Positions 30,217 to 42,233 of a DNA stretch of 64,000 bases are shown in pieces. Below the pieces are notes generated by a model. That model saw only the letters and a program-made list of their open reading frames with translations. It had not been told where the DNA came from and did not search any database. Position numbers and translations under genes: made by a program. Each line of letters starts with the position of its first letter. Within the stretch, counting starts at the first letter, position 1. Source of the DNA: Octopus vulgaris (Eukaryota); the NCBI GenBank assembly GCA_951406725.2, contig OX597830.1:69688001-69752000 (forward strand), given 5' to 3'.

Positions 30217-30438
30217 CTTTTGTTACTGTATTTATTTTGAGATGCTTTGTGTTTCTTTCAATTACTTTAAATATAACAAAGAATTTAGTAAAATAACTTA
30301 GTTATCATTAAGCTAGTGTTAGGAACATAAATTGTGACTAAGGTTTGGTGGAAGATTTTAATTCAAAACGTTTGAAAACAAGACATTTGTACTTAGAGAC
30401 AGAGACGGTTTCAGCTGGATTGGTAACAAAAGGGTTAA
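30217..30438. mobile_element. Second piggyBac-like MITE family; related copies at about 3736-3947 and 28860-29130
   Basis: Shared internal sequence ATTTTGAGATGCT...TAAATTGTGACTAAGGTTTGGTGGAA, ending GTAACAAAAGGG(TTAA). Confidence 0.5.
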
Positions 30439-30858
30439 GCAACTTGTACCTATACCAGTATACTCTCATGTATTGCCAAACTAAAAACCAAAATTTCTCT
30501 CCAGTACAATATTTTCTGCACCACTGACACTTAACTACTGAAACCATGTGGCAGTCTTCTAATTCCTTTTCCATTAGCTGTCCACCACCACCACCATCAT
30601 CTTTATCATTGTTGACTTTGTCATCATTGCCAACATCATTATTGACATCACAGCACATGCCTATGTCATTATCATTTCATCATCATCATTGTTCAATATG
30701 TGTCTTCCATGCTGGCATGGACTGAATAGCTGGACAGGATCTGATGAACTACAGGACTGCAGCAAACTCCAGTGACTGCTTTAGCATGGTTTCTACAGCT
30801 GGGTACCCTTTCTAATACCAACTGTGTGTACTGGGTTTTTTTTCTTTTTTTGTGTAAC

Positions 30859-31090
30859 TGTCGTGGTGAGAGTCACTGACACCCCTCACGGATTGGGAGA
30901 ATGGACTAGCTGAACTCTTATAAAGAGTAGTGGTAGGTAGTAGTCACAAAGAGCATTTTGGAAGTCTCGGGAAGTTTGTCACAAGACTTCTAAAATACTC
31001 TCTCAACTACTGCTGATCTCTACTCTTTATATGAGGTTGGTGAGTCTATTCTCCAATCCGCCAGGGGTGTCAGTGACTCTCACCACAACA
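30859..31090. mobile_element. Palindromic MITE, TG...CA termini, GTAAC direct repeats
   Basis: TGTCGTGGTGAGAGTCACTGACACCCCT pairs with AGGGGTGTCAGTGACTCTCACCACAACA. GTAAC at 30854-30858 and 31091-31095. Confidence 0.75.
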
Positions 31091-31754
31091 GTAACCCATG
31101 TCTATAAACAATACAAAAATACATTGATGATATACAAAGAAACTTAACTTGAATCACTTCCATCAAGAGACTACATTACAGTCTACAAAATTCAACAACA
31201 CCACAACTGACCACATAGATACCATGGTACATACATTCATTAAAATAATTGGTGACTCTGCCAAAGAAAAGATACCCCATGTGGGATGTGTTCTTTAAAA
31301 GGTTCTACAGTTATTTTGAAAGCATTACTTATGCCGGTTCCACGTCTTATGCTGATGCCACATTAAAAGCACCCGGCTCATACTGTAAAGTGGTTGATGT
31401 TAGGAAGGGTGTCCAGCCTTAGAAAACCAATCCAAATCAGATTGGAACCTGGTGCAGCTCTCTGGTTTGCCAGCTCTGGTCAAACCGTCCAACCCATGCC
31501 AGCATGGAAAAATGGATGCTAAAGGATACTCTCTCTATCTTTTACTCTTTTACTTGTTTCAGTCATTTGACTGCGGCCATGCTGGAGCACCACCTTTAAT
31601 CGAGCAACTTGACCCCAGGACTTATTCTTTTGTAAGCCCAGTACTTATTCTGTCGGTCCCTTTTGCCGAACTGCTAAGTAACGGGGACATAAACACACCA
31701 GCATTGGTTGTCAAGCTATCTAGGGGGACAAACACAGACACACAAACACACACA

Positions 31755-31794
<40 letters not shown>

Positions 31795-34093
31795 TACGAC
31801 GGGCTTCTTTCAGTTTCCGTCTACCAAATCCACTCACAAGGCTTTGGTCGGCCCAAGGCTATAGTAGAAGACACTTGCCCAAAGTGCCACACAGTGGGAC
31901 TGAACCCGGAACCATGTGGTTGGTAAGCTAGCTACTTACCACACAGCCACACCTGCACTATATTATACATTAGTGTAAAGTTCAGTTGTTTTCCTCTCTG
32001 CCTGTTATATTACTTTGGTTTTGGTGTTACGCAGTCAATTGGTAACCCTTGGCCCTGTATAAATTTCTGTTGCATAATATAATTTGTACCTACACAGATG
32101 TGTTGGTGCAGCTAGAGTCTATTGAATTGAATATGGTCAATATTTCTGACCGATAACTAGTGGGATAAAATGAAATACTGAAGCTGACCGGCAGGATTTG
32201 AACTCGGTCGTTAATCAATAAATTTAATTAGTGCTCAGTGTGTTGCTCTCTGTGCTACACTTACAGACCTCATAATGATATTTCAATAAATTGTATTAGG
32301 TGATGATGCCATGTGAAAAGCATTGGTGCTGGTACCACATGAAAAGCACCCAGTACTCTCTGTAAAGTGTTTGATGTTAGGAAGGGCATCCAGCTGTAGA
32401 AACCATGCCAGAACAGACAATGGAGCCTGGTGTAGCTTCTGGCCTTGCCAGTTCCTCTCAAACTGTCCAACCCATGCCAGCATGGAAAGAAGGCATTAAA
32501 TTGGGGTGTGTTGGTGATAATAGTATAGTAATGGTTTCAAATTTTAGCACAAGGCCAGTAATTTTAGGGAGTTAGGGTTAGTTGCATGAATGTGTATATT
32601 TTAGGATTTAACTTTGCATATTTTAAAAATAATTAAGAATTGAAGTTAAACTTCAAAATATATTTCATATATATTTGAGAAGATGAATAAAATTTGTGGA
32701 TTAGATATCATTAGTTGTATTCATGCAATATCTTGCAACAAGCAAATCAATGATGGCACATGAAAAAACATTCAAGCGAGGTCGTTGCCAGTGCCGCTGG
32801 ACTAGCTCCTTTGCAGGTGGCACATAAAAAGCACCATTTGAGCATGGCTTTGCCAGTACCACCTGACTGGCCCTCGTGCTGGTGGCATGTAAAAGCACTC
32901 ACTACACTCTTGGAGTGGTTGACGTTAGGAAGGGCATCCAGCTGTAGAAACTCTGCCAGATCAGATTGGAGCCTGGTGCGGCCATCTGGTTCGCCAGACC
33001 TCAATCAAATCGTCCAACCCATGCTGGCATGGAAAGCAGACGTTATACGATGACGATGACGCCACCGCCGCCGAAATGCTTCCCAAGCATTCGAACTTAC
33101 AAACTCTAACCACTGAGCCATGCACCTTCAGTTGTAGCAATGTAAGTGGTTCATAAGGACATATTTTGAAACAGTATTACTGATAGGAAATGTGTGACGT
33201 GGACACCAAACTTTAATATCGTTTACAGAAATTGCAAAAAGCTGTGCAAGGTAAAACTGACAAGACAGAAAAATAAGAAAATAAATGAAAGAAAATAAAA
33301 AATATTAAAAAAAAATATAATTTAAAATGGTACAAATTTATCAATACTTACCTTGATTCTGTTGCAGTTGACTGGTTTGCTTCCCTAATGAAAACAAAGA
33401 TTTTAATGTATCATTGATAAATTGATAAGTAATATTTTCTTTCTTTTTTTTAAGTTTGTCAAAATATAAGGTCATCACTTCATAAACTTTGAAATTTAAA
33501 AAAATGAAATTATACATGTGTGTGTGTGTGTGTGTGCTTAGGTGGAAAAAGGGTGGGAGAATATGAATTTGTTTTATGAACATACATACAAGCATATTCA
33601 AACTAGATTCTCTGTCTGTCTCTGTTTCTCTGTCAATCTATCTCTTTCCCTGTATGTCTCTGTCTATTTCTTTTTCTCTCCTTTTCTCTCTCTCTCTCTC
33701 TCTCTCTTTCATTTATACATATCTGTGTCCCATGTTTATCTTAGTAAATCAAAAGTTTTCTAACATCAAACACCTTTCAAGAACTATTTTTAGTACTCAA
33801 ATTTTATTTTAAATATGTCATATTAAAAATACTAATCTACATTGTTCTCATTCATGAATTTATACAAGTGGATACACTCTAATCACAATAGCTGCATATC
33901 TGCACCTTGGTTCATAATTGTTGAATGTTTTCTCTTATCATCTTGTAACCTTTATATTGTTATACCATCATCATCATCATCATTTAACATCCGTTGTCCA
34001 TGCTGGCATGGGTTGGATGGTTTGACTGGAGTTGGTAAGCTGGAGAGCTGCACCAGGCTCCAGCCTGATTTGGCATGGCTTGTATTCTTTACT

Positions 34094-34125
<32 letters not shown>

Positions 34126-34128
<3 letters not shown>

Positions 34129-34467
34129 GACGCATGGCTCGGTGGTTAGAACATCAAGCTTACGATCGTGAGGTTGTGAGCTCAAATCCCGGACCGGGCT
34201 GCGTGTTGTGTTCTTGAGCAAGACACTTTATTTCACGTTGCTCCAGTTCACTCAGCTGTAGAAATGAGTTGCGACGTCACAGGTGCCAAGCTGTATCGGT
34301 CCCTTTGCCTTTCCTTTGGATAACTAACACTGGTGGCATGGAGAGGGGAGGCCGGTATGCCTGGGCGACTGCTGGTCTTCCATAAACAACCTTACCCGGA
34401 CTTGTGCCTGGGAGGGTAACTTTCTAGGTGCAATTCCATGGTCAGTGTCATGACCGAAGGGGGTCTC
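34126..34467 (+). mobile_element. tRNA-derived SINE, third family
   Basis: Pol III A-box TGGCTCGGTGG and B-box-like AGCTCAAATCCC, end CATGACCGAAGGGGGTCT. Reverse copies at about 8690-9001 and 22701-22990. Confidence 0.75.
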
Positions 34468-34490
34468 AGATACACACACACATATGTGCA

Positions 34491-34545
<55 letters not shown>

Positions 34546-34654
34546 ATACACACACACATGTCATTATCATCATTCATTGTTTATGTTCCACATGTTCATA
34601 CTTACCAACTTACCTACCGCTTCCCTCCCTCCCTACCTACCTACCTACTTACAT

Positions 34655-34860
34655 ACAAAGTTCTCGACTTTGGGAAAAGAAAATATGAAAGGATCAGTTA
34701 ATTTATGATTTCGTTCAACGTATTCCCCCTCAGATTCACACACTTATTGCAGCGGTCCTTCAATTTTTCTAAGCCCTGTATAAGAACTAGGAAGGTTGGG
34801 CCTCCAATCAGACCTTTTGTGATACCCTTAAAGCCAAGAACTTATCGGCACCCCATCGTG
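34655..34860. mobile_element. mariner-like remnant
   Basis: Right end AAGCCAAGAACTTATCGGCACCCCATCGT resembles mariner-type TIRs. The left side AAAGTTCTCGACTT is a partial mirror. Confidence 0.4.
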
Positions 34861-35176
34861 TTTATACCATCAGTACACTCTTGCTTAAGTTTCCTGTTTT
34901 AAGTCATATTTCAGTTTTTTTTATTGTTATGAAAGATAGCTGCATTGTTGATTAATCACTGTCAAAACTTAGGTTAAACATGTTCTTATCAAAAATGTAT
35001 TAATTAAACTTTAGTTTTTAAATATTGGCTACCTAGAGCACACATCTATTGGCAGAAGTGGCTGTGTAGTAAGTGTATTGCTTACCAACCGTATGGTTAT
35101 GGGTTCAGTCCCACTGCGTGGCACCTTGGGCATGTGTCTTCTACTATAGCCTTGGGCTGACCAAAGCCTTGTGAGT

Positions 35177-35221
<45 letters not shown>

Positions 35222-35677
35222 CATGCATGTGTATGTATGTGTGTTAGTGTTTGTCTTCCCAACATCACTTGACAACCAATGCTGGTGTGTTTATGTCCCT
35301 ACAACTTAGCAGTTCAGCAAAAGAGACTGACAGAATAAGTACTAAGCTTACAAAGAATAAGTCCTGGGGTTGATTTGCTCGACTAAAGGTGGTGATCCAG
35401 CATGGCCGCAGTCAAATGACTGAAACAAGTAAAAGAATAACAGAATTGCCTTGGCAGAATTCAATGATAACATCAAGCTATAAAGAATAAGGTAATTGAG
35501 TGTGGCTGGTTGGACATTTAGTGGAGGCGCATGGCTTAGTGGTTAGGGTGTTGGACTCATGATCATAAGTTTGTGGTTGTGATCCTGGGTCAGACGACGT
35601 GTTGTGTTTTTTAGCAAAACACTTCATTTCACGTTTCTCCAGTCAACTCAGCTGAGATGAGTAATCTTGCTATGGAC

Positions 35678-35924
35678 TGGAGAATATATGTGCCATTGGG
35701 GAATATATGTGCCATCGGAGAATATATGTGCCACTGGAGAATATGTGTGCCATTGGGGAATATATGTGCCATTGGAGAATATATGTGCCACTGGAGAATA
35801 TGTGTGCCACTGGGGAATATATGTGCCATTGGGGAATATTTGTGCCATTGGGGAATATATGTGCCATTGGGGAATATATGTGCCATTGGGGAATATATGT
35901 GTTATTGGGGAATATGTGCGCCAC
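35678..35924. repeat. Minisatellite, 13 x 19 bp (TGG(A/G)GAATATATGTGCCA(T/C))
   Basis: Direct reading of units; explains the six-frame repetitive ORFs at 35629-36181. Confidence 0.9.
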
Positions 35925-37670
35925 AGAAACTGGGAAATCAGGAAACTGGCCCTATGCATCTATATGACTCAGGAAGGATCAACTGGGCATTCAACTTCGG
36001 CAAGCAGCATGTTTTGGCCCTGGAGGTAAACACATACGCACATGCACAAAACTATACTCATAGAGAGGGAGAAGAAGAGATAGTGAGAGCAAGCGAGATA
36101 TTACATATACATACAAACACATACATACAAGCATTCACATTACACGTACATACAAACATAGCTAGATGCTTACTAACATAGACTGAGAGAGAGAGAGAGA
36201 GAGATGGGAGGTGAGGGAGAACTAGTAACTAGTCTAATGTTAAATAAGTCCACATCCAATCAGCAAAGCCAGATGTTTGGCGCCAAAACAGATATACCAC
36301 AACATCTCAAACCTAGCTACTAAAACTCCCAGTGAACAATGTCATTACTCGTTGTAATATTCCATTACAGCAATTAATAAAATCATATACAATTCTTTCA
36401 AAGAAAAATTATTCAAACTGTTGTGCACTCAATCAGTTATGATTGCTGAAATTAATGCGACTTCTCTATGAAACCAAATTATTTCAATAAGAATACTTTG
36501 TCATTGTGTTTGCTAATATTTCCTACATTTCATAAGGCAGCGAGCTGGCAGAAACGTTAGCACGCCTGGTGGAATGCCTAGCGGTATTTCCTCTGTCACT
36601 ATGTTGTGAGTTCAAATTCTGCCAAGGTCAACTTTACCTTTCATCCTTTCGGGGTCGATAAATTAAGTACCAGTTACGCACTGGGGTCGATGTAATTGAC
36701 TTAATACCTATGTCTGTCCTTGTTTGTCCCCTCTATGTTTAGCCCCTTGTGGGTAATAAAGAAATAGGTATTTCCTCTGTCACTATGTTCTGAGTTCCAA
36801 TTCTGCCGAGGTCAACTTTGCCTTTCATCCTTTCGGGGTCAATTAAATAAGTACCAGTTACGCACTGGGGTCAATGTAATCGACTTAATCCGTTTGTCTG
36901 TCCTTGCTTGTCCCCTCTGTGTGTAGCCTTTTGTGGGCAGTAAAGAAATAAGAAACATTAGCATGCCGGGCAAAATGCTAAGCAGTATTTCATCTGTCTT
37001 TACGTACTTATTCTATTGGTCTCTTTTGCCGAACTGCTAAGTTACAGAGACATAAACACACCAGCATTGGTTGTCACATATATACGACGGGCTTCTTTCA
37101 GTTTCTGTCTACCAAATCTACTCACAAGGCTTTGGTCGGCCTGAGGCTATAGTAGAAGAGACTTTCCCAAAGTGCCACACTGTGGGACTGAACCTGGAAC
37201 CATGTGGTTCGTAAGCAAGCTACTTACCACACAGCCACTCCTGCACCTATGGGGACACGCCGGCCATGTAGAGTCGATCATGCATGGAGTCATGTGGGGT
37301 TACTTGTTGGCAGAATGAAGCAATGAGAAGATCCCTTCCAGATGGCCACCTCTTCTGATCAGCGACAACCCTACTAAATTGTTTTTATTTTGGGGATATA
37401 CCGAAGATCTTACTGCATTTTATATTTCTTCTGGCAGGGAACTACTTTGTTTGGAATTCAAATCTCATAGGACATAATTTTGCCCTTAAATGTTTGTCTT
37501 CCCACCCTATCAGCCCTGATTGTATAGAGCAGATCTACAATTAAGGGTATTGTCTCTTTTTTTTTTTTCAGAAATAGTGTTCTCTCTGGTTACATTACCT
37601 AATGTACCCTTTATTTGTGAGCTGTATCAATTTTCTGAACTTACTTATTAGCACTCTATACTTCCTTTAA

Positions 37671-38558
37671 CCATTTAGCATAAAATCAGTCATATCCAGC
37701 CCAAATATTCTATTTGTTTTATGTTAAAACTGGCCAGATCTGGCCTTTCACATTTAACCTACAGTATCTTTCTAAAAATATATACAATCACATCATCGAA
37801 ATTTCGAAACTATGAGATAATGCATGATTAACGTAAATCCTCGAGTATAATCTGCATTTTTTCCCCCAAAATTTAAAGGTCAAAATCCCTAGTGCGTACT
37901 ATAGACGAGGTTAAAAATGAAAATTATTTTCTAAGCAATGTCCGAGTCTCTATTTGCTGTCCGGCAATGTTTATTCAGATGCATTTTGTGATGTCGGGCG
38001 TGAAAATACCTTAAGCTAAGCCTGAAAGCAATGAAGTCATAAAAGAATCATCCATAACTTGCAGTAAGCAACATTTATTAAACGTTATTACTGTTATTTC
38101 TTTATTTTCTGCAAACAAAATGCACAAAAAAGCTACATGTTTGCATTATGTTATATATACAATAATAATAAAGGACGTTACCGTATACATTTTTACAAAC
38201 CAAGGACGTTATATAGACCTCCTTGACTCAAGTTAGAGAAGGGGTGCGTATTATACACAAGGTTTAGGTTTTTCAGAGGTACAGCGCCCTAAAAATCCCC
38301 TGCGAATACACGTTTGCATTATGTTATATATACAATAATAATAAAGGACGTTACCGTATACATTTTCACAAACTAAGGACGTTATATGGACCTCTTTGAC
38401 TCAAGTTAGATAAAGGGTGCATATTATACACAAGGTCTCAGAGGTACAGTCCCTTAAAAATTCCCTGCGTACTATTCTCAAGGGCAGACTATACTCGAGG
38501 ATCTACGGTAATTAAAAGCAATGTGAAGAAATAAGCATTGCATTTGAACGCTAAATGG
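37671..38558. mobile_element. piggyBac-like MITE (TTAA-flanked) interrupted by a TA-flanked Tc1/pogo-like element
   Basis: TTAA|CCATTTAGC...GCTAAATGG|TTAA. An uninterrupted relative lies at 52151-52370. Confidence 0.7.
37831..38508. mobile_element. Tc1/mariner-pogo-like non-autonomous element with internal ~170-bp tandem duplication
   Basis: TIRs CGTAAATCCTCGAGTATAATCTGC / GCAGACTATACTCGAGGATCTACG with TA on both sides. About 38135-38305 is repeated at about 38308-38470. Confidence 0.7.
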
Positions 38559-38662
38559 TTAAATTCTTTATGGATACTGAATTTTGTTCTTTTGTTGATA
38601 TTAGCCATTCAATTAATGATGAATAATTTTATTTACTTTCATTTTTAAAATTTCTTTTCCAG

Positions 38663-38761
38663 GTGCCAAGAGTATTTATAAATGGAGTGTGCATCGGCGG
38701 AGGAGACGAAACGGTACGCTTAAATTGTGCTGGTGATTTAAGAAGGCAGTTGGAAATGTGA
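38663..38761 (+). CDS. GLRX: Glutaredoxin-1-like, coding exon 2 (aa 75-106 plus TGA)
   Basis: Polypyrimidine tract and acceptor TTTCTTTTCCAG|GTG. Reads VPRVFINGVCIGGGDETVRLNCAGDLRRQLEM*. Splicing to exon 1 rebuilds the conserved T-V-P glutathione-binding motif and supplies the IGG motif, giving 106 aa, the typical Grx1 length. Confidence 0.92.
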   Translation: MPRVFINGVCIGGGDETVRLNCAGDLRRQLEM

Positions 38762-38934
38762 ATCCTACTCTCTCTCTGTCTTGCAGCAGTTGTTCTCGCG
38801 ACAACTGCACATTGTGCATATATTCATTGAACAGTTCTTGAAATGGTATCAACATTAGTGAAAGTTTTTTCTTTCTTTTTCTATCATGGTATGCATTTTT
38901 GAATAATATTTCTTTTGCCACCATTCAAATGGTC

Positions 38935-38940
38935 AATAAA
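38935..38940 (+). terminator. Candidate proximal polyadenylation signal for GLRX
   Basis: First AATAAA about 175 nt after the stop. Such hexamers are common in AT-rich DNA, and more distal sites are possible. Confidence 0.3.
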
Positions 38941-40258
38941 CAAAAGAAATGAAAACCAAATACCATTGTGTTGGATGCTGGGAAGTTTATACGTAACATT
39001 TGTCCCCCCCACCCTTTTTTTTCTTCTGGTGAAGGAGTTTTGTATCATATATCTATATCTATATCTTTCTATCTATCGATATATATATATATATATACCA
39101 TATTGATAATGACGGTTCATTTATTTATGAATGAACTTTATTGTGTTAATATTATGATGTTTCCCCACTTTTTCTTAACGCAATCCCTAAATTTGAAATA
39201 ACCATTTCCTGATATATATCTACATATATATATATATATATATATTTTCCTTCTTAATTTCTCATAAAGAAAATATTAACTAAATCAGAAATGTTTACCT
39301 GAGAGATTTTCTCTTAACTATACACTCTCACCTTACCTCTATGCTATTCTTGTATTCTGTTTCCATATTTTTTACTGTATTTCTATCCACCCCCACCCTT
39401 GGCTTTCTTTCTCTCTAAATCTCTCTCTCTCTCTCTCCCTCTTCTTTCTCTGACATATTCATTAACTGTTTTGTATTTTTTTATATTTAATATCATGAAA
39501 TTTTTCATTATACTCACAATCCAGATCAAATATATCTAAACATTTACTGAAAATAATAATTTTTATTATCAGTTTATTTTGAAATTAAAGATGTTTATTA
39601 GTTTAATTTTTTTTTTTCAAATAACCTACAGTCAAATTTTTGCAAAATCATTTTACTTTAGAAATTTAAATAGTGAAAAAACAAAACAAAACAAAAAATA
39701 AGAAGAAAAAAAAGAAACAGAATCCTTTCTCAAACTCTTACTATATCTTTCCTTCTCATTACCTCTTCCTTTCTCTAAAATAAAATTAACATATATAAAA
39801 ATATCAAAAATGTTGATTAGTTAGTCACAGGTGTTTAAAGTAAAATTTAATTTGATTACAAAGTGAGTTACAACTTGTAAACTTTTCAATGTTCTTCTAC
39901 ATTTCATTAAACTTTCTAAGAGACAAATTTGTGAATGTTTCATAGTAACTACAAGTTTATACAGAAAATATATTTAAGTAGATTTGGATAGAAGTGGGAT
40001 GAGATGATATGGTGCAGCTGTATGGATGCTGATGGTTTGGCACAGCTGACTGGACAATCAGGCTGTCTTGGCAATGGTAACTTTTGGCACTGGAAGCAAA
40101 CACATGTACTCACACACACACATGTGCACACACACACACACACACACAGATGCATGCATGCACAAATATATACACATACAGATAGAAAGAGTGAAAGCAA
40201 AAGACACAGAGAGGGAGGGACATTACAGTTTATCAGTTGAAAATGATCGGTACATTTC

Positions 40259-40438
40259 CATCTCTTCAGACACATAAAAAGAAATATACTTACACATCTC
40301 TTCAGACACATAAAAAGAAATATACTCACACATCTCTTCAGACACATAAAAATAAATATACTCACACATCTCTTCAGACACATAAAAAGAAATATGCTCA
40401 CACATCTCTTCAGACACATAAAAAGAAATATGCTCACA
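40259..40438. repeat. Minisatellite, 5 x 36 bp (CATCTCTTCAGACACATAAAAAGAAATATACTCACA)
   Basis: Five nearly identical contiguous units with no spacers. Confidence 0.9.
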
Positions 40439-41270
40439 CATAAACAGAGTAAGAAAACATGGGGAAGGAGAAGAGAATGGGAGAAACATTGAAATATCTG
40501 ATGTCAAATAATTCAGCAATGCCAAATGGGCGGTGCCAAAATGGCTGTGTCATAACGTCTCATATCTGGATAGAGAAGTTCCAGAGTCTCTAGAAGATTA
40601 CAAATTTCATGTGACATATTTCATAAGTTTCTGTTACCATTTGTTGCCTTAAAAAAATATCCCTGTTATTTTGTTAATGAAACAAAGTTCTTCAATCTTA
40701 TGAGTAATTTTCTTCTTTCTTTTTCTTTCTTTTTTGGTTTATAGAAATTTAACTAATTGATATTTTCAAATAGCAATATTTCATGTAATTGTGGGTCATG
40801 GATTGAATTGGTGGAGCATTGGATTACATATATTGCAATGTTAAGTGAAGTCCTTTTACATTGTTAAGTTCAAAAATTCTTTAGAAGTTGGTAAGTTACA
40901 GAATAATGATTAAGTCAGTATGATTGATTGCTCCCTACTTCACCCTAGCACTCATCCACTAAATTTGTGGCCTTGTGCCTATGTTAGAAATCCATATTCT
41001 TTGTCATTCCTTTTATCTTCATTAAAATTTCTTAAATGTCAGAATTTAGAAATAAAACAAAAAAGTAAAAAATAAAAGAGAAAGCAACAAAACAAAACAA
41101 AGGCAGTTAGATTTAGTAACACTCATAATTTATTTAAGAGGCAAAGTAACTGAGTGGATAAGCTAGCCATAGTGAATCATGAGTTATGAGTTCAATCTCT
41201 GCTTAAGTGCACAACAAAAACAACTTAACTTATGTGCCTCCTTTTCCCCTATAAGAACTAGATCTTCAGA

Positions 41271-41376
41271 AGATGTAGGGACCAGTTTTCAAAAGATGTA
41301 GGAGCCAGATATTCTGGGATGTAGGGACCAGATACTTTGGAAATGTAGGGACCAGATATGAGGATTTAGGGAACAG
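41271..41376. repeat. Degenerate ~23-bp tandem repeat (GATGTAGGGACCAGAT core), about 5 units
   Basis: The core motif recurs at roughly 23-bp spacing. Confidence 0.65.
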
Positions 41377-42195
41377 TTCTTCTGAGGAAGTTACTTGTTT
41401 TCAATCTGGGATGAAATGCATCTCTTAGTCATTTAATGATATGGAACTGGAGTTAAACATTGGTATTACAAATCTTTCAAGAGACTCTAAAATATATTTG
41501 TCTTATTTTATTTAATCAATGGGAAAAAAAAAAGGAGTCTATATTTATAATAGATTATTATTTATATCATATATTTATAAATAGATGATTGTTAGTTATT
41601 TTGAAAGTAATCTTATTTGGTTGTCATATAGTTATTAATCTAATCGTAAAATATCAAAAGGTCTATTTTTTACCCTTATTTGTGTGTGCAGGTTTTTTTT
41701 TTTTATATTGGGAAAAGGATATTTATATGTTAGTAACTCAAATGTTTTACAATTTCAGACTTGCATTTCATGCATTTTTTAAATACTATATTTCAATTAG
41801 TCCCATCTCCAATTGTCAACATATGTCCTATTCAGACATTGCTTTCAACCATATTTGAGCTGAAAGTCTTTACTTTAACGCAAGGTGTTAACTTTCTTAA
41901 CTCCCCCACCCACCCACCCACCCATTCCACTCTACTAACCTACATTACACTGACATAATTACTAATAAGGTTGGAAAAAATTTGCATTAGAAATGAATAA
42001 TATAAGTTCAAACTCAGGATGAGGAAATGTATGTATGTATGTATGTATGTATATGAATATATATATATAATACAAATAAGAAAATGGAGAAACAATTTAG
42101 TTTGTTGATCAACTTTCGGATATTAGAATGTTGAATTATTTATTCATTTAACAAAACGAGAACCTTAATAGTATACATATATATATCTTATAATT

Positions 42196-42233
<38 letters not shown>

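Noticed and set aside
35629-36181. Cys/His/Trp-rich repetitive ORFs up to 174 aa
   Set aside because: Translation of a 19-bp minisatellite, open in all frames on both strands; no splice or homology support.
38759-38761. UGA as selenocysteine
   Set aside because: Not at a catalytic Cys position, and I could not identify a SECIS by eye; SECISearch would settle it.
38714-38786. Possible 73-nt intron (GTACGC...TTGCAG) inside GLRX exon 2
   Set aside because: The unspliced reading gives the expected Grx C-terminal helix, while the spliced one gives unrelated sequence. The alternative donor at 38758 would make a 29-nt intron, too short.
40259-40438. 36-bp repeats as a CRISPR array or as tandem hammerheads (CTGAAGA on the minus strand)
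   Set aside because: Units are contiguous with no spacers, the context is eukaryotic, and no GAAA or stems accompany the CUGAAGA.
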